Shown here: one piece after another, positions 17,599 to 26,915 of the stretch
How positions within the stretch are numbered: the stretch's first letter is position 1
Layout: each line of letters starts with the position of its first letter
NCBI GenBank assembly: GCA_964578555.1
Contig: CAZODJ010000005.1
Span: 1 to 40,815, forward strand
DNA: 40,815 nucleotides
Direction: 5' to 3'
Source of the DNA: an uncultured Candidatus Kuenenia sp.
GTDB lineage: Bacteria; Planctomycetota; Planctomycetia; Pirellulales; UBA1268
The notes under the pieces: model-generated
Seen by the model: the letters and a program-made list of their open reading frames with translations, nothing else
Databases searched by the model: none
Told to the model about the DNA's origin: nothing
Program-made: the position numbers and the translations under genes

Positions 17599-18498
17599 GT
17601 GAACACCTATCGGATCTACGAAGACTTTAAGGCGACGCTTGGCGATGCGGCCGCCAAATCCCTCGCGCAGACGCTCGGCGCGATGTTCGAGGAACTCCGG
17701 GACACGGTCACCAAGGAGGATTTCCGGATTCTCCGCGAGTCGATCGACGCAAACGTCTCCCGGCTCGACGGAGCGATTACCAGGCTAGCCGAGGCCCAGG
17801 CCCGGACCGAAGTAAAGGTCGGTGAGCTTGCTGACGGCCAAGCTCAACTCGCTGCTGCCCAATCCCGCACGGAAGTGCAGATGAAGGAGCTTGCCCAGGC
17901 CCAGGCCCGCACGGAAGTGCGGATGGACGAACTTGCCCAGGCTCAATCCCGCACGGAAGTGCAGATGAAGGAGCTCGCCCAGGCTCAATCCCGCACGGAA
18001 GTGCGGATGAATGAGCTTGCCCAGGCCCAGGCCCGCACTGAGCAGCAGGTCGGGAGACTGGCCGAGGTGACGCAGCGGCTTTCGATCCGTACCGACGAGG
18101 TTGTCGGCCGCACGTTCGAGCTTCAGTTTCGTGACCGTCTCACTTCCTATCTGGGTCGGTTTCTGCGGCGGGGCAAAGTGGTCGGGAATGACGTGCTGCT
18201 CGATGCGATCGAGCCCCACGTGACGACGGACGAAATCGATGATTTCCTCCGGGCCGATATCGTTGCCAAGGGGCTTGTGGACGGCGTGGAGACGTATGTC
18301 GTCGTCGAGGTTTCTTCGACCGCCGATATGAAAGACATCGTCCGCGCTGAACGCCGGGCCACGATTCTCCGCAAGGCGGGGCTTGCTGCCATTCCGCTTG
18401 TGGCATGCGGGGCCATCCCGCCGGAGTCAATTCAGTTTGCGCACCGATCTGGCGTGCGGGTGTGGTGCGATGGATCACTCGTGGAAGCCGCAGCCTGA
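17599..18498 (+). CDS. Coiled-coil repeat protein with putative C-terminal PD-(D/E)XK-like fold (paralog 2)
   Basis: LGAMFEELRDTVTKEDFRILRESIDA nearly identical to paralog 1; ELAQAQ(A/S)RTEV(Q/R)M repeats; RADIV...VVVEVS...DIVRAERRA. Confidence 0.82.
   Translation: MNTYRIYEDFKATLGDAAAKSLAQTLGAMFEELRDTVTKEDFRILRESIDANVSRLDGAITRLAEAQARTEVKVGELADGQAQLAAAQSRTEVQMKELAQAQARTEVRMDELAQAQSRTEVQMKELAQAQSRTEVRMNELAQAQARTEQQVGRLAEVTQRLSIRTDEVVGRTFELQFRDRLTSYLGRFLRRGKVVGNDVLLDAIEPHVTTDEIDDFLRADIVAKGLVDGVETYVVVEVSSTADMKDIVRAERRATILRKAGLAAIPLVACGAIPPESIQFAHRSGVRVWCDGSLVEAAA
17782..18054 (+). repeat. Intragenic 42-bp tandem repeat, about 6.5 units
   Basis: Units start at 17887, 17929, 17971 and 18013 (gagcttgcccaggc...cgcacggaagtgc), with diverged units and one extra heptad upstream. 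Confidence 0.9.
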
Positions 18499-18565
18499 CC
18501 CGAGAAAGTCGACGAAAAGATCCGTGGCGGCTTCGGGCGGCTGCAATGAGCCGGTTTTTGACGGT

Positions 18566-19912
18566 TCACGCAAGTTCTGAGATTGGGCCGATGCTGTCGC
18601 CGAACGACGGCGTTTCGATCCCGAACCGCTGAGCGAGCGTGAGGAGCAGGTCGTTCATCGGCCGCTCTTCGCGGTATTTGAAATACTGACCGTGCCTGAG
18701 GCCGAGTTTCGCTCCGCCGGCGAGCACGAGCGGATAATTCTTGTGGATATGGGTGTCGCTCGTACCCGACCCGAAGAGGCAGGCCGTCGTGTCGAGAAGC
18801 GTGCCGTCGCCGTCGGGTGTGGCCGCCAGCTTCGTCAGAAACTTCTGGAACTGCTCGACCAGGAAGCGGTCGTACTTCGCCCACCGCTCGTAGCCCCCGG
18901 GGCTGCGATTGCCGTGGCTGAGGTTGTGGTGGGTGTTCGTCAGCCCGATGGCGGTGGGGAAGGAGTCGCCGATGCAGGTGCCCTCGCAAGCGATCTGGTA
19001 GGTGACCACGCGGGTCGAGTCGGTCTTGAGCGCGAGATACATCAGTTCGAACATCGAGTCGAGGTAGCTCTGCGGCCCTTGTTTCGGGAAGCCGTCCTGC
19101 ACGACGGCGGTGGGATCGATCTCGGGCCGCGGTACATTCGCCCACTGCTCGGCCCGGTCGAGGTCATGCTCGAGTTCGCGGATCGACTGGCGGTAGTCGT
19201 CGAAGGCCCGCTGGTCCTCCGGGTTGAGCCGATGGATCAGGCTCTGCGCACTCTCCATGGTGACGTCGAGCACGCTCCGCCGTGGCCGCAGGGCGGCCGC
19301 ACCCCCCTCTTCGACGCCGAAGAGACGGTTGAAGATCTGTCGCGGCTCGGAGAGGGCCGGCACGAATTTGCCGTGGCGATCGACGGAGATGGTCTGTGCC
19401 ATGAGCGGCACGCCCACGCCGCCGCCCGAGGAAAGCACGAGCGAGGGGAACCGCGTTTCCCCCTCCATGTGCGAGGCGATCAATTGATCGACGCTCACGA
19501 AGTTGGCCGACCCCTTGACGATATTGGCGCCGTTTAAAAACAGCCCGCCGTTGCGGTGGCCCGTGCCGATCACGCGGTAGTGCGGATGGGAGAGGCCGGA
19601 GAAGACGGTCAGATCCTGCTTGAAAGGCTCGAGTGGTTCGAGCGTCTTGCTCAGCCGGTAGTCACGGCCGCCATCGCCGTCGGGAAACCAATTGAAGTTG
19701 TCGTAGTCAGGGTTTTTGCTCTCGGGGTTTTTCGGGTCGGTGAGCCGCGGCGGCAGCGACACACCGAACGGAAAAAAGATCGCACAAAACCGCTTTTTCC
19801 GCTCGGCAGGATCGGGCCCGGCGGCGCCGAGTTTCTCGAGCGACGCAAAAAACGGCAGCGCAAGCGTCGCGCCCGACCCCACGAGAAACGCCTTGCGACT
19901 GATCACCTGCAT
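18566..19912 (-). CDS. DUF1552 (HXXSHH) family protein
   Basis: SRKAFL Tat-like signal; LTVFSGLSH; VSVDQLIA; THHNLSHG; DGDGTLLDTT; YPLVLAGG. Confidence 0.92.
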   Translation of the reverse strand: MQVISRKAFLVGSGATLALPFFASLEKLGAAGPDPAERKKRFCAIFFPFGVSLPPRLTDPKNPESKNPDYDNFNWFPDGDGGRDYRLSKTLEPLEPFKQDLTVFSGLSHPHYRVIGTGHRNGGLFLNGANIVKGSANFVSVDQLIASHMEGETRFPSLVLSSGGGVGVPLMAQTISVDRHGKFVPALSEPRQIFNRLFGVEEGGAAALRPRRSVLDVTMESAQSLIHRLNPEDQRAFDDYRQSIRELEHDLDRAEQWANVPRPEIDPTAVVQDGFPKQGPQSYLDSMFELMYLALKTDSTRVVTYQIACEGTCIGDSFPTAIGLTNTHHNLSHGNRSPGGYERWAKYDRFLVEQFQKFLTKLAATPDGDGTLLDTTACLFGSGTSDTHIHKNYPLVLAGGAKLGLRHGQYFKYREERPMNDLLLTLAQRFGIETPSFGDSIGPISELA

Positions 19913-19967
19913 GATGCTGCCCTCTGAGTTTTTGGTGTGCGGATCCCCCGGGTGTCACCGGGCTTTG

Positions 19968-22757
19968 TCATTCGGGCAGACCGGTGAACGACGCCGATGC
20001 CGCCACCGCCTGCACGAGGGTCTTGAAGTCGTATCCCGCATCGATGAACGCCCGGGACGCCTGCTCGACCGACCGCTCGTCGGCCAGATCGAGCCGTCGG
20101 CCGATCGCATACTGCACGAGGCTTTCGACAAAGCCGCGGGTGAAGGCGTCGAGCCGCCGCTCGAGGATGTACTTTTTCAGATCGGCGACGCTCGCGATCA
20201 CGGTGCCGTCGGGGAGCCGGCTTTCGATGTTCACCGTCTCCTTCGTGTCGCCGGCCGGCACGGCATCCCGCCAGCCGCCGGCAGCATCGAAGTTTTCGAA
20301 CGCCAGACCGAACGGATCGATCCGCCGGTGGCAGGCGATGCAGGATCCGCTCGACTGCGCATGCTGGGCGATCCGCTCCCGCAGCGACGCCCCCTCGATG
20401 ATCCCCTGTTCCTCCAGCGGCGTCACCTTCGGCGGGGGCGGCGGCGGATCGAAAAGGATCCGCTCGAGCACCCAGGTGCCGCGGCGGACGGGGTGGGAAT
20501 CGGCGCCGTCGGAGTTCATCTTCATGATCCGCGGCTGCGTGAGGATGCCGCCGAGCGGGCTCGTCTCCGGCAGCGTTACCTTCACGAACTCGCCGGTGCC
20601 CGCGTAGCCCTCGGCCCGGGCGAGTTTCGCCAGCCGGGGCGTGAGCCAGAGCTGGTCGGCATCGATCAGGCTGCGGACGTCGGACGGACCGTCGAGGCCG
20701 AGGGCCCCATGCACCGTCCGGCGAAATTGCTCCTTGATCTCCGCCTCGAGTTCCTCGTCATAGAAGGGATACCGCGTCTTGTCGATCGCCACCTGGTCGA
20801 ACTTGTCGAGGTGCCAGGCCTCGTGGATGAAGCGGTCGACGAATCGCCCGGCTCGTGGGTCGGCCAGAAGCCGGGCCGCCTCGGCCCGGAGCATGGCCGG
20901 AGCGAGCAGCGTGCCGTCAACGCCCGCTGAGAGGAGTTTTTCGTCCGGCGGCTCGCCCCAGAGCCAGAACGACAGCTTGGCCGCCACGAGCAGGGCGTGA
21001 GACCGCTCGCTCGCCGGCTGCTTGAAGTCGTCGAGGAAAAGATGCTTGGGCGACACGAGCGCCGACGCGAGCGCCTCGTGCACGGCCTCTTCGAAACCGA
21101 GCCCGTCTTTCCGGAGGGCGGCGTAGAGATCGGTGAACGTCCGCCGGTCGTCGGCCGTGGCGAAGCCGCGGAAGGCCGCATCGACGAATCGGCCGATCAC
21201 CTCGGCGGCGTAGGCGTCGGTGGGGCTGCGATTTGGCGACGCGAAAAAGACGGCGTTGTGCGGCGGCACGTCGTTGAGCGTGAGCTCGGCCCAGTCGATC
21301 TCGATCGCCGGCGCCTTGCCCGCGAGCGCCTCCTGGTTCTGGCGGAACACCTCCACGAGATCGGAGTCTTTCATGTAGTAGTTGGGCAGCGTCTTGGCCC
21401 GGGCCCGCTCGTAGATCTCGTCGTAGGAGCCGATGTGGATGTTGCCGAGGGCGTAGCGATGCTGCCCCGGATCGAGCGGCAGCCCCTCCTCGTGGCGACC
21501 GGCGTTCTCCACCATCACGATGAACAGCGCCGCCATGCAGTCGTACCAGTCGTTCGTGGAAAACGCCGTAAGCTTCGGCACGTTGCCGTCGCGAAACGTC
21601 CGTTCCGGGGGCACGTTGTCGAGGTAGGGGAAGTCGCGGACGTTGCCGGAAAACTCGAGCACTCGCTCGGCGGGAGAAAGCCGCACCTCCGCGAGCGTGC
21701 GGAAGTGGTTGGCGAAGACGTCGAAGCAGCCCACCTTGACCCGCAGCAGCGGGAGCACGCCATCGGCCCCGGGCTTGCCCCGCACCCGGAGGCGGAAGTC
21801 GAATGTGCCGCGGGAATACATCTGGCTCGCCGGGAAGGCCACGGCGTTGGCGAGTAGCAGGTCATTGTCGAAGTTCTTCAGTTCGCCAGGCTTGAACGGA
21901 AACAGTGCCGGGCCGAACACTGCCTTGTTCATGGGGCGATTCAGGAACGAGTTGCCTTTGAGCCCCTCGATCTCACGGCGGGTCTGAAACTCCGCCTCCG
22001 TCAGCGGGTGGGCCACGTTTTTCACGAAGTCGAAGACGTGATCTTGCGTGGCCCGCGACGTGTAGCAGTGCTCGCCGTGATAGAAATACCGCAACGGGCT
22101 TCGCGGCTCTTCGACATAGGGGGCAAACTCGCGGAGGGCGGCGATCGCGGCCTGCTTGAAAGCCTCGAGGTGGGTCTTCGTGAGCGGGTTGGCACGGACG
22201 TCGTTGGAAAAACCGGTCGGGTCAACGGCGTCGGTGGGGATGCTTTCTTCGGCGGCGAAGTCGCGGAGCGACGATGGAGCCCCCACGAGCTGCAGAAGCG
22301 ACCGGTTAAACTCTCGGTTCGTGAGCCGTCGCGTCACGAGCCGGCTCGTCGCCACGCGGAGCCGCTCGGCCTCTGCCGCGAAGGATCGGTCGATCCAGGA
22401 AGTGAGTGACTGGATGTCGGCGTCGGAGAGGGGATCGGCATCGGCGGGGGGCATCGTCCGCGCCGTCATGAGCCGGCGGACCTTCTTCCAGAGGGCCACC
22501 GTGGCGGCTTGATGCATCGAGCCGTCGAGCGTCGTGAGCACCACGCCCCCTTCCTGCGTGTCGGGGTCGTGGCAGGTGCCGCAGGACCGCGCGAGCAGAG
22601 GCGCGATCTCCCGGCGGAAGCGGTCGGCATGAGGGTCGGTCGGGGACGGTGCCGGAGAAGCCACCGAGACAGCAGCAAGCGACGGCGCGGACTTGGCAGC
22701 CGGCAGGGGCAGCGCGACCACCGCGAGAGACGCCGATAGCATGGCAGTCCGATACAT
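19968..22757 (-). CDS. DUF1592-cluster protein (cytochrome c, DUF1587/1595/1592/1588/1585) with a long central insert
   Basis: CGTCH...MPP; RRLTNREFNRS; KLSFWLWGEPPD; SHPVRRGTWVLERI; CIACHRRIDPFGLAFENFD. Confidence 0.92.
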   Translation of the reverse strand: MYRTAMLSASLAVVALPLPAAKSAPSLAAVSVASPAPSPTDPHADRFRREIAPLLARSCGTCHDPDTQEGGVVLTTLDGSMHQAATVALWKKVRRLMTARTMPPADADPLSDADIQSLTSWIDRSFAAEAERLRVATSRLVTRRLTNREFNRSLLQLVGAPSSLRDFAAEESIPTDAVDPTGFSNDVRANPLTKTHLEAFKQAAIAALREFAPYVEEPRSPLRYFYHGEHCYTSRATQDHVFDFVKNVAHPLTEAEFQTRREIEGLKGNSFLNRPMNKAVFGPALFPFKPGELKNFDNDLLLANAVAFPASQMYSRGTFDFRLRVRGKPGADGVLPLLRVKVGCFDVFANHFRTLAEVRLSPAERVLEFSGNVRDFPYLDNVPPERTFRDGNVPKLTAFSTNDWYDCMAALFIVMVENAGRHEEGLPLDPGQHRYALGNIHIGSYDEIYERARAKTLPNYYMKDSDLVEVFRQNQEALAGKAPAIEIDWAELTLNDVPPHNAVFFASPNRSPTDAYAAEVIGRFVDAAFRGFATADDRRTFTDLYAALRKDGLGFEEAVHEALASALVSPKHLFLDDFKQPASERSHALLVAAKLSFWLWGEPPDEKLLSAGVDGTLLAPAMLRAEAARLLADPRAGRFVDRFIHEAWHLDKFDQVAIDKTRYPFYDEELEAEIKEQFRRTVHGALGLDGPSDVRSLIDADQLWLTPRLAKLARAEGYAGTGEFVKVTLPETSPLGGILTQPRIMKMNSDGADSHPVRRGTWVLERILFDPPPPPPKVTPLEEQGIIEGASLRERIAQHAQSSGSCIACHRRIDPFGLAFENFDAAGGWRDAVPAGDTKETVNIESRLPDGTVIASVADLKKYILERRLDAFTRGFVESLVQYAIGRRLDLADERSVEQASRAFIDAGYDFKTLVQAVAASASFTGLPE

Positions 22758-22865
22758 GGATCATCCGCGGGGGCCGTGACACCTCGCTCCTCTTCGGATG
22801 ATGGTATGAAAAAACTGGTGCCTGACAACAAAGTCAGGATTGTTGCAAAAAAACAGTGCTGAAAA

Positions 22866-22895
22866 TTGGCCATTAGTGATTCGTAGTGGTAAAAT
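22866..22895 (+). promoter_or_regulatory. Extended -10, probably leaderless promoter of the AraC gene
   Basis: TTGGCC-18 bp-TAAAAT with TGn immediately upstream of the -10; 6 nt to ATG 22902. Confidence 0.65.
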
Positions 22896-22901
22896 CGTCT
22901 C

Positions 22902-23708
22902 ATGTCCGCTACGTGCCCCCTGTCTCCGGCCGTTGACTCATTCTTGGTGCAGGCCCGTGAGGCCCGCGACGTGCTGGGGCCGATTGCGTCGCTGCCGGGC
23001 GTGATGTTCTTCATCAAGGACGCCGACTATCGCTACGTGTTGATGAGCCCGGCGATCCGCGAGTCGATCGGTCTGGCCGCTGATGACGACCCGGTGGGCC
23101 GCACCGACTTCGACCTTTTTCCGCCGCTTATCGCCGAGAGCTTCCGCGTGAATGACCGGCGGGTGATCGAACAGGGCGAGACGCTCCTCGATGAGGTGCA
23201 CGTGGTGGTCACCCGGACCCGCGGCACGCAACTGGCCTATTCAAGCAAGTGGCCGATCCGGAACCGTGCCGGTGCGATCATCGGCCTCATCGGCACCAAC
23301 CGCCCGCACGAGTCGGCCGGTGGCGTGGCGGTCGGCGACGAGGCAGCCCGCGTCCTGCCGGCTGTCACCAGGATGATTCGCGACTACTCGCAGCCGCTGC
23401 CGATCGGTGAGCTTGCAGCCGCCTGCCGGCTCTCACCGAGCCGGTTTATGCGTCTCTTTCGTGATCAGATGGGGGTGACTGCACACCGGTTCCTGGAGAA
23501 GGTGCGGGTGTCGGAAGCAGGGCGGATGCTGCGAACCACGAGCCTGCCGATCGCCGACGTGGCGGTGGCCTGTGGCTTCTACGATCACAGCGCCTTCATC
23601 AAGCGGTTTCGGCGGCACACGGGTCTCGCGCCGCTCGCCTACCGCAAGAGCGGCCACGCGATCCTCTCCGGCGACCTGGCCGCGACCGTGAGCAAAAGGT
23701 CCCAGTGA
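22902..23708 (+). CDS. PAS-domain AraC-family transcriptional regulator
   Basis: FFIKD, GRTDFDLFP, GAIIGLIG (PAS); ELAAACRLSPSRFMRLF, CGFYDHSAFIKRFRRHTGLAPLAYRK (AraC HTH). Confidence 0.93.
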   Translation: MSATCPLSPAVDSFLVQAREARDVLGPIASLPGVMFFIKDADYRYVLMSPAIRESIGLAADDDPVGRTDFDLFPPLIAESFRVNDRRVIEQGETLLDEVHVVVTRTRGTQLAYSSKWPIRNRAGAIIGLIGTNRPHESAGGVAVGDEAARVLPAVTRMIRDYSQPLPIGELAAACRLSPSRFMRLFRDQMGVTAHRFLEKVRVSEAGRMLRTTSLPIADVAVACGFYDHSAFIKRFRRHTGLAPLAYRKSGHAILSGDLAATVSKRSQ

Positions 23709-23771
23709 ACGGATTCGGGTACGATGCAGCCCCGGGTCTTGATTTCCCCCCAAATGTGACAAGGATCACCG

Positions 23772-25160
23772 ATGCCCCATCCCCGCCGTTCGTTTCTGGC
23801 TGGTTCCGTGGCAGCCGCTGGGGCGGCTCTCCTCCCTCGCGTGACCAGCGGCCGTGGCCCCGGCGGCCGTCTCCACGTTGCCTGCGTCGGCGTTGATGGA
23901 ATCGCGAAGCTCGACCTGCCGAAGATCGCTTCCCATCCGGCCGTCACGGTGGTCGGCCTTTGCGATGTCGATGCCCGGCGGTTCGCCGCGGCCGACGCTG
24001 CGCATCCCGGGGTGCGTCACTTCGCTGACTACCGCGAGATGCTTGCCACGCTCGGCGACACGCTCGATGCCGTGATCGTCGACACACCTGACCACATGCA
24101 CGCGCCGATCGCGGTGGCCGCGATGCAGGCCGGCAAGCACGTCTACTGCCAGAAACCGTTGTCACACACGCTCTGGGAGGCCCGGCAGATGCGGCTCTGG
24201 GCCGAGAAGTCGGCCACGGTCACGCAGATGGGCAACCAGATCCACTCCTCGGCCGAGTATCGCACCGCGACGAGACTCTTGCGCGAGCTCACGATCGGCA
24301 AGGTCCGCGAGGTCTATTCATGGGCGGGCGTCACCGGCAACGAGCGCACACGACTCTTCACCGCTCCCGCTCCGGCGCCGGTGCCGGAGGGGCTCGACTG
24401 GGATCTCTGGATCGGCGCGGCGCCGATGCGCGACTATGCGCCGGCCTACCATCCTTTCACCTGGCGTGACTGGCAGGATTTCGGTGGTGGGGCGCTCGGC
24501 GACTTCGGCTGCCACATCCTCGACCCGGTGTTCACCGGCCTGGGGCTCTCCTTTCCGAGGTCGGTGCAGGCCCGCAACAGCGGCGCCAACGACGAGATCT
24601 GGCCGACCCAGGAAACCGTGAAGTACGTCTTTCCCGGCACGCGGTGGACCGCCGGCGAGTCATTGAAAGTGACCTGGATGGACGGAGGACTGAAGCCGGC
24701 AGAGTCGCTCGCGCGAATGCCGGGAAATGTCGACCTGCCTGGGGCAGGCAGCCTGTTCATCGGCGAGGATGGCTGCATGGTGCTGCCGCACGTCGGCATG
24801 CCGCGGCTCTATCCGGTCGAGAAATATGGCACCGCGGTGAAGCCGTCGGTCGCGCTCCCCACGGAGGAGGCCCGGAACCACTGGCACGACTGGGTCAATG
24901 CCTGCCTCTCCGGCACCAAGACCACCGACGGCTTCGACTACGCCGGCCCGCTCACCGAGACGGTGCACCTCGGCAATATCGCCACGCTGCTCGCCCGGCC
25001 GGTGCGTGATCCGCTGACCGGACGGCTCGCCGAACCGGGGCCGCTCGACTGGGATGCCGTCACGATGCGGTTCTCGGGTCCTTGCGCGGCCGATGCCGAT
25101 CGGCTCGTGTCAAAAGGCTATCGGAACGGCTTCGCTGTCACGGCCGCGGAACAAGGTTGA
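23772..25160 (+). CDS. Tat-exported Gfo/Idh/MocA oxidoreductase
   Basis: RRSFL; TPDHMHA; GKHVYCQKPL; LDWDLWIG; GALGDFGCHILD. Confidence 0.93.
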   Translation: MPHPRRSFLAGSVAAAGAALLPRVTSGRGPGGRLHVACVGVDGIAKLDLPKIASHPAVTVVGLCDVDARRFAAADAAHPGVRHFADYREMLATLGDTLDAVIVDTPDHMHAPIAVAAMQAGKHVYCQKPLSHTLWEARQMRLWAEKSATVTQMGNQIHSSAEYRTATRLLRELTIGKVREVYSWAGVTGNERTRLFTAPAPAPVPEGLDWDLWIGAAPMRDYAPAYHPFTWRDWQDFGGGALGDFGCHILDPVFTGLGLSFPRSVQARNSGANDEIWPTQETVKYVFPGTRWTAGESLKVTWMDGGLKPAESLARMPGNVDLPGAGSLFIGEDGCMVLPHVGMPRLYPVEKYGTAVKPSVALPTEEARNHWHDWVNACLSGTKTTDGFDYAGPLTETVHLGNIATLLARPVRDPLTGRLAEPGPLDWDAVTMRFSGPCAADADRLVSKGYRNGFAVTAAEQG

Positions 25161-25454
25161 CCTTTGCGGTGTGTCGGCCACGAAGTACCGGGCAAACGTC
25201 CGCTTGCCGTCGCGATCCCAGGCGATCAGGCCTCCCAGGATGCCACGAGCACCGAGCGGGGAAGACGTCACCACTCTTGGCGTTGCTGTCCGTGGCGAGG
25301 ATCGTAGTCAGGATCTCAAAGACCAGGATGGAACGGGTGATGTTCATGGGCGGCAACTCTCGCGTGGCCCCGCCAAACCATCTCCGGGTTTTCGCCCGGG
25401 GTTCCATGAAGAATGGAGACCCGCGATCTCGCGCGTGCCACGGGTGCCCATGCG

Positions 25455-26915
25455 TCATGTGAGCAACTCCTCGATCACCCTCCCCTTCACGTCGGTGAGC
25501 CGCATGTCGCGGCCGCCGAAGCGGAACGTCAGCCGCTTGTGGTCCACGCCGAGCTGCCTCAGGATCGTGGCGTGGATGTCATGGATATCGAGCGGATTTT
25601 CGACCGCCGCCATCCCCATCTCGTCGGTCGTGCCGAATGCCATGCCCCCCTTGAAGCCGCCGCCGGCGAGCCACACGGTGTAGCCCGAGACATGATGATC
25701 GCGGCCGTCAACGCCCGAGGAGTGCGGCGTGCGGCCCATCTCCCCCGCCCAGAGCACGATCGTCTCGTCGAGCAGGCCGCGCTGGGCCAGATCGGTCACG
25801 AGCGCCGCCACCGGCTGGTCGGTGATCTGGGCGTTTTCGGCGTGATACTTCTTCATGCCGCCGTGCTGGTCCCACGGGGCGTTGTTGGAGTGCGTGAGCG
25901 GGCAGGTGATCTCCACGAACCGCACCCCCGCCTCCACCAGCTTCCGCGCCCGCAGACACTGCAGCGCGTAAAACTTCTCGTAGTCGGTGCCGCGGTCGAG
26001 GCCGTAAAGCTTGCGGGTGGCCTCCGTCTCGCTTGCCACGTCGCAGACATCGGGAATCGTGGTCTGCATCCGGGCCGCCGTTTCATACGTGCGGATCGCC
26101 GCTTCGACCGCCGCCGCGTCACCCGGGCCGGCCGATGCGAGCGAATGCGATCTCAAAAACTCGAGTTTCGCCCGCTGCACCTCCGGCGGATCGGCCGCGA
26201 CGATGTTGTCCACCGGCGCGCCCTTGCTCCGCACGGTCGTGGCCTGGCAGGTGGCCGGCAAGAAACCCGACGCAAAATTCTGAAAGCCGCCGTTGGGCAC
26301 CCAGTCGTTGTTGAGCAGCACGTAGCCGGGAAGGTTTTCGTTGTCGGTTCCGAGGCCGTAGCTGATCCAGGCCCCCATGCTCGGTGCGGCGCCGACCGAC
26401 CGGCCGGTATGCAGCAGCAGATTCTGCGCCCCGTGCAGCGGCGTCTCGCCGATGAGCGAGCGGACCACGCAGAGCCTGTCGGCGATCGCCGCCTGGTGCG
26501 GAAAGAGATCGCTCACCCAGAGGCCCGACTGGCCGCGCTTCGAAAACGGCCACAGCGAGCCGAGCCACTTGCGACCTTGGCCTGCCCCCTGCGACCGCTT
26601 GTCGGCCTTCCACTCCGCCGGCTGGCCGCTGCGCTTGTCGAGTTCGGGCTTGGGATCGAACGTGTCCACATGCGACACGCCGCCATCCATGAAGAGGAAG
26701 ATCACGTGCTTGGCACGCGGCGCGAAGTGCGGCGCGATCGCGGCGCCAACACTTTGCGCGGTGTCGGCCGGCGCGGCCCATGCGGTTGCGAGGCTGCCGA
26801 AGGCGGCCCAGCCGAAGCCCATGCCGCTCGCCTGCAGGAGCCCGCGGCGCGAGAGGGGCGCCGGCGCGAAGCCGGGACAACGCGGGTCGCGGGTGATGCG
26901 CTCTTCACTCGACAT
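25455..26915 (-). CDS. DUF1501 family protein
   Basis: SRRGLL; HFAPRAKHVIFLFMDGGVSHVDTFDPKP; ARKLVEAGVRFVE; GEMGRTP; RLTDVKG. Confidence 0.93.
   Translation of the reverse strand: MSSEERITRDPRCPGFAPAPLSRRGLLQASGMGFGWAAFGSLATAWAAPADTAQSVGAAIAPHFAPRAKHVIFLFMDGGVSHVDTFDPKPELDKRSGQPAEWKADKRSQGAGQGRKWLGSLWPFSKRGQSGLWVSDLFPHQAAIADRLCVVRSLIGETPLHGAQNLLLHTGRSVGAAPSMGAWISYGLGTDNENLPGYVLLNNDWVPNGGFQNFASGFLPATCQATTVRSKGAPVDNIVAADPPEVQRAKLEFLRSHSLASAGPGDAAAVEAAIRTYETAARMQTTIPDVCDVASETEATRKLYGLDRGTDYEKFYALQCLRARKLVEAGVRFVEITCPLTHSNNAPWDQHGGMKKYHAENAQITDQPVAALVTDLAQRGLLDETIVLWAGEMGRTPHSSGVDGRDHHVSGYTVWLAGGGFKGGMAFGTTDEMGMAAVENPLDIHDIHATILRQLGVDHKRLTFRFGGRDMRLTDVKGRVIEELLT

Noticed and set aside
14482-18054. 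42-bp tandem repeats as a CRISPR array
   Set aside because: No unique spacers, in frame within coiled-coil genes, vary at synonymous positions, no cas genes.
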